Source: an uncultured Bacteroidales bacterium
Lineage (GTDB): Bacteria; Bacteroidota; Bacteroidia; Bacteroidales; UBA932
DNA length: 47,685 bases
NCBI GenBank assembly: GCA_900313205.1
Contig: OMQK01000005.1
Coordinates: 1 to 47,685 of the forward strand
Direction: 5' to 3'
Part shown: positions 28,490-38,232 of the stretch, piece by piece
Layout of the letters: every line of letters begins with the position of its first letter
Position numbering within the stretch: the stretch's first letter is position 1
Position numbers and translations under genes: made by a program
Notes under the pieces: model-generated
The model's database searches: none
What the model saw: only the letters and a program-made list of their open reading frames with translations
What the model was told of the DNA's origin: nothing

Positions 28490-29736
28490 TGAAAGACTTG
28501 CTTAAACGCATACTTCGTGTAGTTGCACTAGTGGGGCCCGGGCTGTTTTGTCTGGGCTTTACTATCGGCACCGGCAGCGTTACATCAATGGTCAAGTCCG
28601 GCAGCATGTACGGAACGGACCTTCTATGGGTCCTTGCCATCAGCGCCTTTTTCACATGGGTGATGACAGAGGCATACGGACGCTTTGGCATCATGACCGG
28701 GGACACAGCAATCCATGGTATCAAGACCCGCCTGAAAGGAGGTAAGGTTTGGGCCATCCTTCTTATCATCGGCCTTGTAGTGAGCCAGTGGATAAGCCTT
28801 TCCAGCATCCTCAATATCACTTCCAACGCCGTAAGCGAAGTCCTCTATATGTGCATACCCGGGCTCCCGGAGTCTGCAGGCTACTGGATAGTCCTTGGGA
28901 TGGCAATAGTAATTGCCGGTTCCATATGGATTATCCTGAATAAAGGGAACTATGGCGTATTTGAAAAGATACTGTCGGCCCTTGTCACCCTTATGGGGCT
29001 GGCCTTTATCCTGTCTCTGTTCATAGAACTACCGGAGCCGGGGACTATAGCAAAAGGGTTCGTTCCATCGCTCCCCAAGGATTCCGGCGCACTGCTTTTT
29101 GTGGCAGCTTTTGTTGGTACAACCATGTCCTCACCCACTTTTGTGATAAGGCCGATGATTCTGAAGAGCAAAGGCTGGGGGAAAGATGACGGGAAGCTTC
29201 AGCGGCGTGATGCCATTGTAAGCGCTTCCCTTACCTTCATCATCAGCGCAAGCATCATGATTTGCGCTGCGTCCGTTCTCCACACCCGCGGTATCACTGT
29301 GGAAAAGGTCCTGGACATGATTTATGTCCTTGAGCCCATAGCCGGCAGATTTGCCGTGGCCCTGTTCGTCGTAGGCCTTCTGAGCGCCGGACTGTCATCC
29401 CTCTTCCCCATTATGATGCTGGCGCCGGAGCTTATCAGCGATTATCGGCATGGGGAAATGCAGACCGGCACTCCACTGTTCAAAGTGCTGACCGGCATTG
29501 CAGCGCTTGCAGGCCTTACCATTCCCATCCTTGGGAAAAGCCCTGTCATAACCCAGATAGCATCCCAGGTGACACTGGTATTTGTCCTGCCGCTTGTAAT
29601 ACTCCTTATGATTATCCTGCTTTGGAAGCAGAAGGAACGCCCCGGCATTCTTTTCACAATCCTTATGGCGCTGGCCTTTGTATTCGCCTGCATAGTATCA
29701 TATACCGGAATTGTAGCCCTAGGCAACCTGTTATGA
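28489..29736 (+). CDS. NRAMP-superfamily (YcsG-like) membrane transporter
   Basis: GPG...IGTGSVT...G..YG first-helix motif, about 11 TMs, VGTT; lacks the DPGN metal motif. Confidence 0.8.
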   Translation: MKDLLKRILRVVALVGPGLFCLGFTIGTGSVTSMVKSGSMYGTDLLWVLAISAFFTWVMTEAYGRFGIMTGDTAIHGIKTRLKGGKVWAILLIIGLVVSQWISLSSILNITSNAVSEVLYMCIPGLPESAGYWIVLGMAIVIAGSIWIILNKGNYGVFEKILSALVTLMGLAFILSLFIELPEPGTIAKGFVPSLPKDSGALLFVAAFVGTTMSSPTFVIRPMILKSKGWGKDDGKLQRRDAIVSASLTFIISASIMICAASVLHTRGITVEKVLDMIYVLEPIAGRFAVALFVVGLLSAGLSSLFPIMMLAPELISDYRHGEMQTGTPLFKVLTGIAALAGLTIPILGKSPVITQIASQVTLVFVLPLVILLMIILLWKQKERPGILFTILMALAFVFACIVSYTGIVALGNLL

Positions 29737-30791
29737 TTTCTAATCCAAAATATGCCCTTCTGGTCCCAACCAGCATGGGCGTCCGCCTTACGCCTCCAGA
29801 CGGACAACCGGCTCATCTTGGAGGCAGCTTCACCCTTCAGGCTACCAGTGCCGAAACCAATGTAGCAAGCATTGCTTCCTCCCTTGGCCTACCAGTCAAA
29901 GTTCTCACCGCCTTTGTAAAAGGGCACCCATTCGCATCTTTCATCCGCGCCAATCTTCTGAGCCGCGGAATGTCCGTGGAAGGACCGGAGCGTGAACAGG
30001 GCGGTCCCTGGGGCTACAGGCATCAGATCAATATTGCCGACAGCGGCTGCGCCTCACGCGGCCCCCGTGTATGGAACGATCGCGCCGGCGAGGTTGGCCG
30101 TACACTAAAGGCGGCAGATTTTGATTTGGAACGCATTTTTGAGAGGGAGGGTGTACGCCTTGTGCACCTCAGCGGCCTAATAGCGGCGCTCGCTCCGGAG
30201 TTCTGCCTGGCCGTAGCAGAGAAGGCAAAGGCAAGCGGCTCACTCGTAAGCTTTGACCTCAATTACAGGGCTTCTTTCTGGAAAGGCCATGAGAAAGAGT
30301 ACCGGGCCGTTTTCGGCAAAATTGCTTCTTTCGCAGACATACTGATAGGAAACGAAGAAGACTTCCAGTTATGCCTTGGCATTGAAGGTCCGGAAACCGG
30401 TGGAACCAATCTGGATGCCAAGACAGATGCCTTTAAGGAAATGATTGGGACAATTCGCAGCAGCTATCCCGGCGCCAGGGTTATTGCCACCACGCTTCGC
30501 GGAGTTAAGGATGCCAATCTGCATCTATGGGGAGTAATTGTTTCTGACGACACTGAGACCATAGTTATCCCACCACGGGAGATCCGTGTCCTTGACCGCA
30601 TAGGCGGCGGAGACGGGTTCACAGGCGGATTGCTGTACGGCCTCCTTAAGGGCTGGAATATAGAAAAATGCGCACAGTTTGGCTGGGCGTCAGGAGCTCT
30701 GGCCGCAACCTTCCTTACGGACTATGCCCTTCCTGCAGATGAAGAGGAGGTTTGGAGCATTTGGGCCGGAAACGCAAGAGTAAAAAGATGA
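29733..30791 (+). CDS. kdgK: PfkB-family sugar kinase, 2-keto-3-deoxygluconate kinase-like
   Basis: SAETNVA, HLSG, SFDLNYRASFW, GNEEDFQ, DRIGGGDGF. Confidence 0.8.
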   Translation: MISNPKYALLVPTSMGVRLTPPDGQPAHLGGSFTLQATSAETNVASIASSLGLPVKVLTAFVKGHPFASFIRANLLSRGMSVEGPEREQGGPWGYRHQINIADSGCASRGPRVWNDRAGEVGRTLKAADFDLERIFEREGVRLVHLSGLIAALAPEFCLAVAEKAKASGSLVSFDLNYRASFWKGHEKEYRAVFGKIASFADILIGNEEDFQLCLGIEGPETGGTNLDAKTDAFKEMIGTIRSSYPGARVIATTLRGVKDANLHLWGVIVSDDTETIVIPPREIRVLDRIGGGDGFTGGLLYGLLKGWNIEKCAQFGWASGALAATFLTDYALPADEEEVWSIWAGNARVKR

Positions 30792-32188
30792 GCACATCGC
30801 TATGTAATATCGGCCTTGTTGGCCTTGGAGTCATGGGCCGGAGCCTTGCCGTCAATATGGCGTCAAAGGGCTTTAAAGTGGCCGTCTATAACTATATCCC
30901 GGAGGTCACGCGGAAATTTATGGCCGATGGAAAACCGGGATTCACCGGAACCTATTCCTATAAGGAACTGGCGCAGAGCCTTGAGCGCCCAAGGAAAGTG
31001 TTCCTGATGGTGACGGCAGGTGCTGCCGTGGACCAGGTCATCTCTGAACTTGAGAAAGTGCTGGAGAGCGGGGACATTATCATTGACGGCGGAAACTCAG
31101 ACTTCCACGACACTGACCGCCGATGCCGTGAAGTGGAATCCAAAGGCCTTCTATATATCGGCACCGGCGTTTCCGGCGGCGAGGAAGGTGCCCTCAAAGG
31201 GCCCTCAATGATGCCCGGCGGCTCTCCGGAGGCATGGCCACTCGTGAAGCCCATCCTTCAGGCAATATCGGCCAAAGTGGAGAATGGAACGCCCTGCTGT
31301 GGGGTGGGCAGCGGCGGCGCCGGACACTTTGTGAAGATGGTGCACAACGGCATAGAATACGGCGACATAGAGCTCATCTGCGAGTGCTACCACCTTATGA
31401 AGGAGGGTCTTGGGATGACAAACGCCCAGATGCAGGAAACGTTTTCCCAGTGGAACCACGGAGACCTTGACAGTTACCTCATAGGCATTACCGCAGACAT
31501 CCTTGGGAAAAAGGACTCTGAAGGCCGATACATACTGGACACCATCCTTGACACCGCCGGCCAGAAGGGCACCGGGAAATGGACGGTGCAGGCTGCGCTG
31601 GACCAGGGCGTTCCGCTATCTCTCATAAGCGAATCCGTGTTTGCCCGCTGCCTTTCTTCAAGAAAGGAAGAAAGGGTAGCCGCTTCCACCTTACTTGAGG
31701 GCCCCGCTAAAAAGACACTCAAACTTGATCTTGAGGATCTTCGCAAAGCCCTTTTGGCTGCAAAAATCGTATCCTATGCCCAGGGCTTCAGCCTTATGGA
31801 CAGCGCATCCAAGCAATATGGATGGGACCTGAACCTTGGGGCCGTTGCGCTTCTTTGGCGCGGCGGATGCATCATCCGCAGCGTGTTCCTTGGCCGTATT
31901 AAAGACGCTTATCAGACCCAGCCAGATCTAACCAACCTGATGCTCTCACCCTGGTTCAAGGAGATGCTCGCTCAGGGGCAGGCCTCATGGCGGAAGGTGG
32001 TTTCAGAAGCCGTTTTAAGCGGCATTCCCGTTCCGTCCCTCAGCGCCGGCCTGAGTTACTACGATGGATACCGCTGCGCATCCCTGCCTGCCAATCTCCT
32101 TCAGGCGCAAAGGGACTATTTCGGGGCACACACCTATGAACGCACGGACCGCCCCCGTGGAGAATTCTTTCACACTGAATGGTTATGA
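30788..32188 (+). CDS. gnd: 6-phosphogluconate dehydrogenase, decarboxylating
   Basis: GLGVMG, IDGGNS, VSGGEEGA, GHFVKMVHNGIEY, QKGTGKW, WRGGCIIR, QAQRDYFGAHTY. Confidence 0.96.
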   Translation: MSTSLCNIGLVGLGVMGRSLAVNMASKGFKVAVYNYIPEVTRKFMADGKPGFTGTYSYKELAQSLERPRKVFLMVTAGAAVDQVISELEKVLESGDIIIDGGNSDFHDTDRRCREVESKGLLYIGTGVSGGEEGALKGPSMMPGGSPEAWPLVKPILQAISAKVENGTPCCGVGSGGAGHFVKMVHNGIEYGDIELICECYHLMKEGLGMTNAQMQETFSQWNHGDLDSYLIGITADILGKKDSEGRYILDTILDTAGQKGTGKWTVQAALDQGVPLSLISESVFARCLSSRKEERVAASTLLEGPAKKTLKLDLEDLRKALLAAKIVSYAQGFSLMDSASKQYGWDLNLGAVALLWRGGCIIRSVFLGRIKDAYQTQPDLTNLMLSPWFKEMLAQGQASWRKVVSEAVLSGIPVPSLSAGLSYYDGYRCASLPANLLQAQRDYFGAHTYERTDRPRGEFFHTEWL

Positions 32189-33276
32189 TAAAGAAATTAC
32201 TGATCCTATCTCTTACAATGCTTCTTGGCATTGTAGCATTCGCTCAGGATAATGATTACTCCTTCACTGAAGCGGCAGACCTTACTATCGTTGGGAAAGT
32301 ATTTCCCGACACACCCAACCCGTACCAGCGTATGGATTTCACCAAATATGGTGGATGGGATGAAAAGGATATCAATCTTCTGGAGATGCCCTCGGGAATA
32401 ATAGTCACTTTCAAGACAGATTCTCCTGTAATTGCGGTAAAACCCGATTTCAGCTATCTACACTACACAAATTCCTCCTGCATTGCATCCAGGGGCTTTG
32501 ACCTATACATTAAAAAGGATGGCAAATGGATATGGGCAGGTATGTGCGCATACAACCATGATGTTTCAACCGAAAATGGGAGAATCAGAAAAATGGTAGA
32601 CCATATGGATGGCAGCATCCATGAATGCTTGATGTACCTTCCCACCGAGAGCAAATTAAATTCTCTGAAGATTGCCGTCAAGAAAGGGTCTTTCATAGAA
32701 AAGGGAGATGTTCCTTTCCGTCACAGGATTTGTGTCTACGGTTCTTCGTTCATGCATGGTGCCAGCACAACCAGAGCGGGAATGACCGTTCCGGGGTACC
32801 TTACCCGCGCTACGGGAATGCAGTTCTGCAGCCTTGGCGTAAGTGGAGACTGCCGTATGCAGCCACAGTTTGCCAATGCCCTGAAAGATGCCGATGTAGA
32901 TGCTTTTGTCTTTGATGCTTTTTCCAACGGCAATGCCCAAACAGTGAAGGAGAATCTTTTTCCCTTCATAGAAACGCTCCAGGCATCAAAGCCGGGAGTC
33001 CCGCTCATATTCATGCATACTATATGGCGGGAGCGCAGAAACTTCAACATGGAGCATGATGCCGCCGAGGCAAGCAAGATTGCCGTCGCAGACAGCCTTA
33101 TGAAAATTGCCGTGAAGAAGTACAAAAACGTTTACTATATAAAGTCAAACGCAACATCTCCCACGCATGACACCACTGCAGACGGTGTACATCCCGGCGA
33201 CTGGGGCTATTACATATGGGCGGAATCCGTCCGCAAACCCATCCTCCGCATACTTCGTAAATACGGTATTCGATAA
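32185..33276 (+). CDS. Exported SGNH hydrolase (GxDLY N-terminal domain)
   Basis: Signal peptide, GFDLY, YGSSF, LGVSG, DGVHP. Confidence 0.88.
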   Translation: MIKKLLILSLTMLLGIVAFAQDNDYSFTEAADLTIVGKVFPDTPNPYQRMDFTKYGGWDEKDINLLEMPSGIIVTFKTDSPVIAVKPDFSYLHYTNSSCIASRGFDLYIKKDGKWIWAGMCAYNHDVSTENGRIRKMVDHMDGSIHECLMYLPTESKLNSLKIAVKKGSFIEKGDVPFRHRICVYGSSFMHGASTTRAGMTVPGYLTRATGMQFCSLGVSGDCRMQPQFANALKDADVDAFVFDAFSNGNAQTVKENLFPFIETLQASKPGVPLIFMHTIWRERRNFNMEHDAAEASKIAVADSLMKIAVKKYKNVYYIKSNATSPTHDTTADGVHPGDWGYYIWAESVRKPILRILRKYGIR

Positions 33277-33295
33277 GCATCGCGGATATTTTCAA

Positions 33296-35332
33296 CTACT
33301 TGGCAATATCAATACTTACCGGAGATATTGCTGACAAGGGAAGCCAAAGGATAAGGCTGGAGCAGGCTGGGCCATTATTGATGCCGATTCTGAAGTCTGA
33401 ATAATCCTTGCCATCCACCTTAATGGCCGATGGCGCCACCCCAACCCCGGGAAGGATGATGCAGATGCCATTTGAGGGTTGTTCGGATGAAGCGTGAAGC
33501 CTTAGTGACAGATTTTTCTCGACTTCGTCCGAAATGACATAAGCCCTCTGTTCCACGTTGTACGGCACCTCAACTTCCCCGCAAGTCATCCTGGGAGCGC
33601 GAAGCCAGGACTTGGCCAGAGGCAGCAGATCCACGGCGTCCCCTTCTGTACATCCAAGGAGCATCAGTTTGGTTATCTTCCAGGTGGAATTCAACTCCCC
33701 AGAGGACACTTTTGAAGTATATGGCGTTTCCTTTCCTTCTTCCGGAGCGTAAACAGCATCGGCCGGGCCCGAAATCTTTTCAACGCTGTGCGGAGCATTA
33801 TACTGCGTGGCAGTGTATGTATGCGACGGGGCGTCTGCCACAACGGCATGCCTACCCACAACGTAATCCTGGGCCACGGGCCAGTGGTTGCGCCACGGGA
33901 AATCCGAATAATCAGACCATTTTCCGGAGTAACGGTCTATACGTGTGCCGCGCATATTCTTTTCATTAAGGCCGGAGCCGTCCTCCAGAATCAGGTAAGG
34001 ATTCCACTGGCTGTTGAGATAGGTCACCTGGATATTAGCGCCCGGAAGAGACGGGGCATCCTGACGTTTTTCAGCGTCCAAATCCCATCCGTAAGTCTCT
34101 GTCCGGCCATCCATTGCTGCAACAGACATTATCCTGGCTGCATCCAGGACATCCTCAGGCCGCTGTGACGGATGCAGCACCTGGAGGCTCTGACTCCATT
34201 CCATCCACGCCGCCGGGGCCGATGTCCAAAGGTCCATCTTTCGCACGCATACCCCGTCAGGATAGAAGATATAGGTTTCCTCCGAGCAGTCTCCCCACTG
34301 GGACTCCTCACTCTGGAAGGGAATCTTCTGATTTACGCCCACAGGAAGATGACGCCATACCACAACGGTACGGGCCGGAGTATTCTCCACGACGCGGACA
34401 CTGGAGAAATCGGCATGTTTGTCACTCATGTTTTCCGGGCATCCCCACTTGGTTACTTTAGCGCGTTCCACAAACTCATTACTCATCCAGTTCCCCTTCT
34501 CAGTCACAAAACAGGGAGCATAGGAAATGCCGTGCCAGAAAACCACCTTCCAGGGCTGCTCAGGGCCAAAACCAACCACAATATCATCAAGGCTTCCCCT
34601 CCACCTGCGATCAAAGGCATCATAATATTTCAGGGGAACATACCAGGCTCCAAAATCAACCTGCTGAGGACCTGAAGGCAGGACACGCTCTTCAAAACCA
34701 GGCACAGATGTGCCTGGGGCATCAGACCGGAAGAATTTCTTCCTGAGAATCTTCTTATACGTACACTTGTCGGCATAAATATTCAGCTCATCAATGGCTC
34801 CGTCAAAAGAACTGTAGATTGGAATACTATGGTTCTCAAAGAATGAAGGCGTGCGCACCTGAGTGCGGCCAATCCATAGGTCATAGGCCGATTGATCAAC
34901 TTTGTTGAATGTGACCGGAGCCTTGGCCACTTCCTTACCGTCAACAGCGAGGAAAATCCCTTCTCCACTTTTGAAAAATGCCGTAAGCCGCGACCACTCC
35001 CGCAGCGGCAGGCCTTGAGGAGACTCCGCCTCAACGTCTTTTACGGTAAAATGTACCTTACCAAAACAATCAAGCCACAAATTCCATCCCTCAAGGCCTT
35101 CATCGGCCTTGCGGCAAACAACCGGGCAGGGGCTCTTGGGGAAGGCAAGGGGGCACACCCATACGTCTACGGTGAAATCGGCCTTGGGTTCCGGCACTTC
35201 AGCAGCCGGCAGGACTATTCTGGAGTCAAAACCGTCAAAGAGCATTGCCCCGCCCTCGACTCCGGGGACAGTTCCGTCATTGAACGGCAAGGATAACAAG
35301 GCCGACAAGGCCGCCTGGAGAAAGATATTCAT
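33296..35332 (-). CDS. Exported protein with N-terminal LamG/concanavalin-like domain
   Basis: FDG..S, FTVDVWV, W..L, VDGKEV, LWIG, FDGAIDEL; C-terminal region unassigned. Confidence 0.78.
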   Translation of the reverse strand: MNIFLQAALSALLSLPFNDGTVPGVEGGAMLFDGFDSRIVLPAAEVPEPKADFTVDVWVCPLAFPKSPCPVVCRKADEGLEGWNLWLDCFGKVHFTVKDVEAESPQGLPLREWSRLTAFFKSGEGIFLAVDGKEVAKAPVTFNKVDQSAYDLWIGRTQVRTPSFFENHSIPIYSSFDGAIDELNIYADKCTYKKILRKKFFRSDAPGTSVPGFEERVLPSGPQQVDFGAWYVPLKYYDAFDRRWRGSLDDIVVGFGPEQPWKVVFWHGISYAPCFVTEKGNWMSNEFVERAKVTKWGCPENMSDKHADFSSVRVVENTPARTVVVWRHLPVGVNQKIPFQSEESQWGDCSEETYIFYPDGVCVRKMDLWTSAPAAWMEWSQSLQVLHPSQRPEDVLDAARIMSVAAMDGRTETYGWDLDAEKRQDAPSLPGANIQVTYLNSQWNPYLILEDGSGLNEKNMRGTRIDRYSGKWSDYSDFPWRNHWPVAQDYVVGRHAVVADAPSHTYTATQYNAPHSVEKISGPADAVYAPEEGKETPYTSKVSSGELNSTWKITKLMLLGCTEGDAVDLLPLAKSWLRAPRMTCGEVEVPYNVEQRAYVISDEVEKNLSLRLHASSEQPSNGICIILPGVGVAPSAIKVDGKDYSDFRIGINNGPACSSLILWLPLSAISPVSIDIAK

Positions 35333-35339
35333 ATCAATA

Positions 35340-36632
35340 CTAAGTTCTGAAGTGTATAGCGCTGAGCACCTTCATAGACTCATCAGCTGCGCTAATGAAG
35401 GATACGGAGTAACGACGCCCGCCCTTTTCAACATTCACTACAACATGGCAGCCCTCGAAAGAGTCAGGCGCGATATCTTTCATCCAGGCAGCATCACCAT
35501 CCTTTGCCCGACGTTCGGCAGGCATAATCGTAGGGCAGATAATCCGGTCCTGTGGATAGATTGAACGGTCTGAGAGGAGTTCCATACAGGGTGGCAGGTT
35601 GTGGAGCTGATCCCATACACAACTCACATACACCTGAGAGCGAAGTGCGGCGACGAGTTTTCTACTCATCGAATTATGTCCATGGTGATTGATTTTGGCC
35701 ACATTGGCTGGGCCGCAAACCTCGGCGATGTCATCTTCTATAAACCGGACCGTTCCGTCCGGATCCTTGAATTTAGCCGAGAAATCTCCTGCCGTATAGA
35801 AACGGAATTTTCCATAGGAAAAGACCATCCCGAGCGACATGGCGTTCTCGTTCAATGTCTTCGGCTTCTGAGTTTTCACCGCTTCAAAGAGGTCTTTGAT
35901 CCGCCCGTCCGGATAGGCGATACGGCCGTTGGCGCATATGTTCCTGACCGAGAAGGATGGGTATTTTGCGCCGTCATGGAGTTGGACAATCTGGTCTGTT
36001 GCCCCCAGGCGAAACTTTTCTATCTCGAGGCCACGATGCCTCTGCATATAGCTGTAGAAACGCTTCATGTGCTGCACTGTATCGGGGTCTCCGCCCATGG
36101 CCGTATCCGGAATAGGGTCGCTATAATCCGGCCAGCAGCGGTCGATAGCTTTGCGGAAGTTCAAAGTCTCGGCGGCCTGGGAGAAGCCACTGAGCGCGTA
36201 TTCTTCACCATCGCGGATGATTTTCTCGGCAAAAAAATGGTCGCTGCCTGCATGGTCATTGTGATAATGACTCAGGAGCATATAATCAACATCGGTGACG
36301 GCTGGATTGACACGCGTCACATATCTGGCAATCCACTCGCCTGAATGGCGGGCCGGGCTCGGAAGCAGCGGAACGGCCTTCGGCCCACGGGCAAGTGCAT
36401 CAAAGTCACCGCAGTCCAGCAGCATTGTTGTCCCATCTGGAAAAATCAGGAACATAGACTCCGCTACGCCGGTATAGATGAAATGAATCTGGAACTGCCC
36501 TTCCTTCCAACCCGGCCATGTCTTGCCCGCAAGCTTGTCCTTGCAACCGGCGGCAAAAGCCTCTTGCCAGTCTGTAAGCCACAGAGCCATGCCGCTCAGG
36601 AAGGAAACTCTCAGGAAATCTCTTCTGTCCAT
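35340..36632 (-). CDS. Metallo-beta-lactamase-fold (ComEC/Rec2-like) hydrolase with Tat-like signal
   Basis: MDRRDFL, LLDCG, SHYHNDH, NENAMS, AGD, KINHHG. Confidence 0.85.
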   Translation of the reverse strand: MDRRDFLRVSFLSGMALWLTDWQEAFAAGCKDKLAGKTWPGWKEGQFQIHFIYTGVAESMFLIFPDGTTMLLDCGDFDALARGPKAVPLLPSPARHSGEWIARYVTRVNPAVTDVDYMLLSHYHNDHAGSDHFFAEKIIRDGEEYALSGFSQAAETLNFRKAIDRCWPDYSDPIPDTAMGGDPDTVQHMKRFYSYMQRHRGLEIEKFRLGATDQIVQLHDGAKYPSFSVRNICANGRIAYPDGRIKDLFEAVKTQKPKTLNENAMSLGMVFSYGKFRFYTAGDFSAKFKDPDGTVRFIEDDIAEVCGPANVAKINHHGHNSMSRKLVAALRSQVYVSCVWDQLHNLPPCMELLSDRSIYPQDRIICPTIMPAERRAKDGDAAWMKDIAPDSFEGCHVVVNVEKGGRRYSVSFISAADESMKVLSAIHFRT

Positions 36633-36665
36633 TTCACTGTATCTTTAGGGTTAAGGGCTTCCGCG
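36630..36665. repeat. 36-bp direct repeat copy 1 (duplicated 3' end of the GH63-like gene)
   Basis: CATTTCACTGTATCTTTAGGGTTAAGGGCTTCCGCG; 35/36 identical to 38197-38232. Confidence 0.92.
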
Positions 36666-36674
36666 ATACGTTGT

Positions 36675-37964
36675 TTACCATTTCAAACAGGCGAGAGGAA
36701 TCACCTTGACTCCATCTTCCCGTGTATATGCCAGATTGCCGCCTGTTAGGACAAGCAGTAGATCTGGCTCCCGAAGAGGAACCTGCTTCTCCTCCTTATT
36801 GCTTTCTCGGATGAGGTTCCTCAACTGGATGAGATGTTTGGCTCCATCCTCAATCTCGCTACTCCCCAATTTGCATTCGATCAGTGCATATCTGCCATCC
36901 TTCAAATGAAGGACGATATCTGCCTCCAGGCCGTTACGGTCGTGATAGTAAGAAATGTTTGCATCTTCTCCTTGCGTATACGCGCGTAAATCACGTAAAC
37001 ACAGATTTTCGAAGAAGAATCCGAAGGTCTTGAGGTCATACTGGAAACTCTCAGGTGAAAGACCGAGAGCCGCAATGGCGATGGAAGGATCTACGAATTC
37101 ACGTTTGGGGCCGCTGCGCATTCCTGAAGCAGAACGGATAGCCGGACACCAGCCATAGATATCATCAAGGACATACAGTTTGTGGAGAACATCGGCATAG
37201 TCGTCAAAGGTAGGTTCCGACATACTGCCGAGCATCCCCTTAACGTCCTCAATCATTGTGGATTTTTTAACAAGCGAGGAGATGTTCCTTGCATATGATC
37301 TAAGTATTGCCTTTGCAATTTCCGGTTTGCGCTTGACTCCGTCGAACTGTGAAATATCACGGTCACAGGTGCTGTTGAAGGCATTATAGGCAATTTTGAG
37401 CCGAGCTTTGTCTGTGCGGCATTTATATGTCGCCGGCCAACCTCCGCGGCAAACGGCATAAATAAGGCCCTCAACAGTTGTGTCTGATTTAATACCATCA
37501 ATATTCTGGGATGGATTCGCAAACAACTCAGCAAAGGAAATCTTGCCATTGGACTCCCCGGTCTCATAGAGGCTCATGGTGAACATTTTCATGACCTCAA
37601 TACGGTTTGAACCGGAGTGCTTGACTTTATCAGGATCAAAAGCCTTGGAGCTGGTCAGAATGAATTGTCCCACTTCGCCGCTCTTATCAACATCATTTCT
37701 GACGGCATCCCATACTACCGGAAAGTCTTGCCATTCATCTATCAGGCGCGGATAATCACCCTTCAGAAGCATAGAGGGACGGGACTCTGCCGTAGCCTTG
37801 TATGCTTCATAGTTGTCCGGATCCTGCAGTTTAATTACACTCGCCGCCACTTGTTCGGCAGTGGTTGTTTTACCGCATCCTTTGGGGCCTTCAATGACAA
37901 CGGCGCCAAATGCATCGAGATTTTCAAGTAGCTGTTTATCTGCCTTCCTTTTTCTGTATTCCAT
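36675..37964 (-). CDS. AAA_14 ATPase with DUF4143 / PD-(D/E)XK-like C-terminus
   Basis: GPKGCGKTT, LIDEWQ, GGWP, FENL, EADIV...IECKLG. Confidence 0.9.
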   Translation of the reverse strand: MEYRKRKADKQLLENLDAFGAVVIEGPKGCGKTTTAEQVAASVIKLQDPDNYEAYKATAESRPSMLLKGDYPRLIDEWQDFPVVWDAVRNDVDKSGEVGQFILTSSKAFDPDKVKHSGSNRIEVMKMFTMSLYETGESNGKISFAELFANPSQNIDGIKSDTTVEGLIYAVCRGGWPATYKCRTDKARLKIAYNAFNSTCDRDISQFDGVKRKPEIAKAILRSYARNISSLVKKSTMIEDVKGMLGSMSEPTFDDYADVLHKLYVLDDIYGWCPAIRSASGMRSGPKREFVDPSIAIAALGLSPESFQYDLKTFGFFFENLCLRDLRAYTQGEDANISYYHDRNGLEADIVLHLKDGRYALIECKLGSSEIEDGAKHLIQLRNLIRESNKEEKQVPLREPDLLLVLTGGNLAYTREDGVKVIPLACLKW

Positions 37965-38024
37965 ATACGCATCGTTTTTGTGCAGGACAAAAATACTCTA
38001 TTTCAATGAAACCCACAAAAATGA

Positions 38025-38093
38025 TTTGGTTTTTCACGGCGATTCACTTTGGTTTTCTGCAAGGTTTTACTTTTGTTTTTTGCAGTTAATTGT
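38025..38093. repeat. Three imperfect 23-bp tandem repeats upstream of the AAA gene
   Basis: TTTGGTTTTTCACGGCGATTCAC / TTTGGTTTTCTGCAAGGTTTTAC / TTTTGTTTTTTGCAGTTAATTGT. Confidence 0.55.
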
Positions 38094-38117
38094 TTTTTCC
38101 AGTGAAGCCACCGGGCA

Positions 38118-38199
38118 CTCAGCATTGGGAAGCGCAATGACATCGTCTGATCCGGGAATGCTATTTGTTCTTTGTCCTATAGCTGAGGTGCACGTTCAT
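38118..38199 (-). pseudogene. Internal fragment of an EEP-phosphatase paralog
   Basis: MNVHLSYRTKN-(+1)-NSIPGSDDVIAL aligns to MDVHLSYRTKNNNTPGSDEVIAL of the 43377 ORF; TTTGTCCTATAGCTGAGGTG shared with 43771-43790. Confidence 0.8.
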
Positions 38200-38232
38200 T
38201 TCACTGTATCTTAAGGGTTAAGGGCTTCCGCG
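38197..38232. repeat. 36-bp direct repeat copy 2
   Basis: CATTTCACTGTATCTTAAGGGTTAAGGGCTTCCGCG = codons RKPLTLKIQ*, then ATG. Confidence 0.92.

Noticed and set aside
31290-31312. gnd PCCGVG looks one residue shorter than the usual PCCxWVG
   Set aside because: Frame and catalytic motifs are intact; cannot be evaluated without an alignment.
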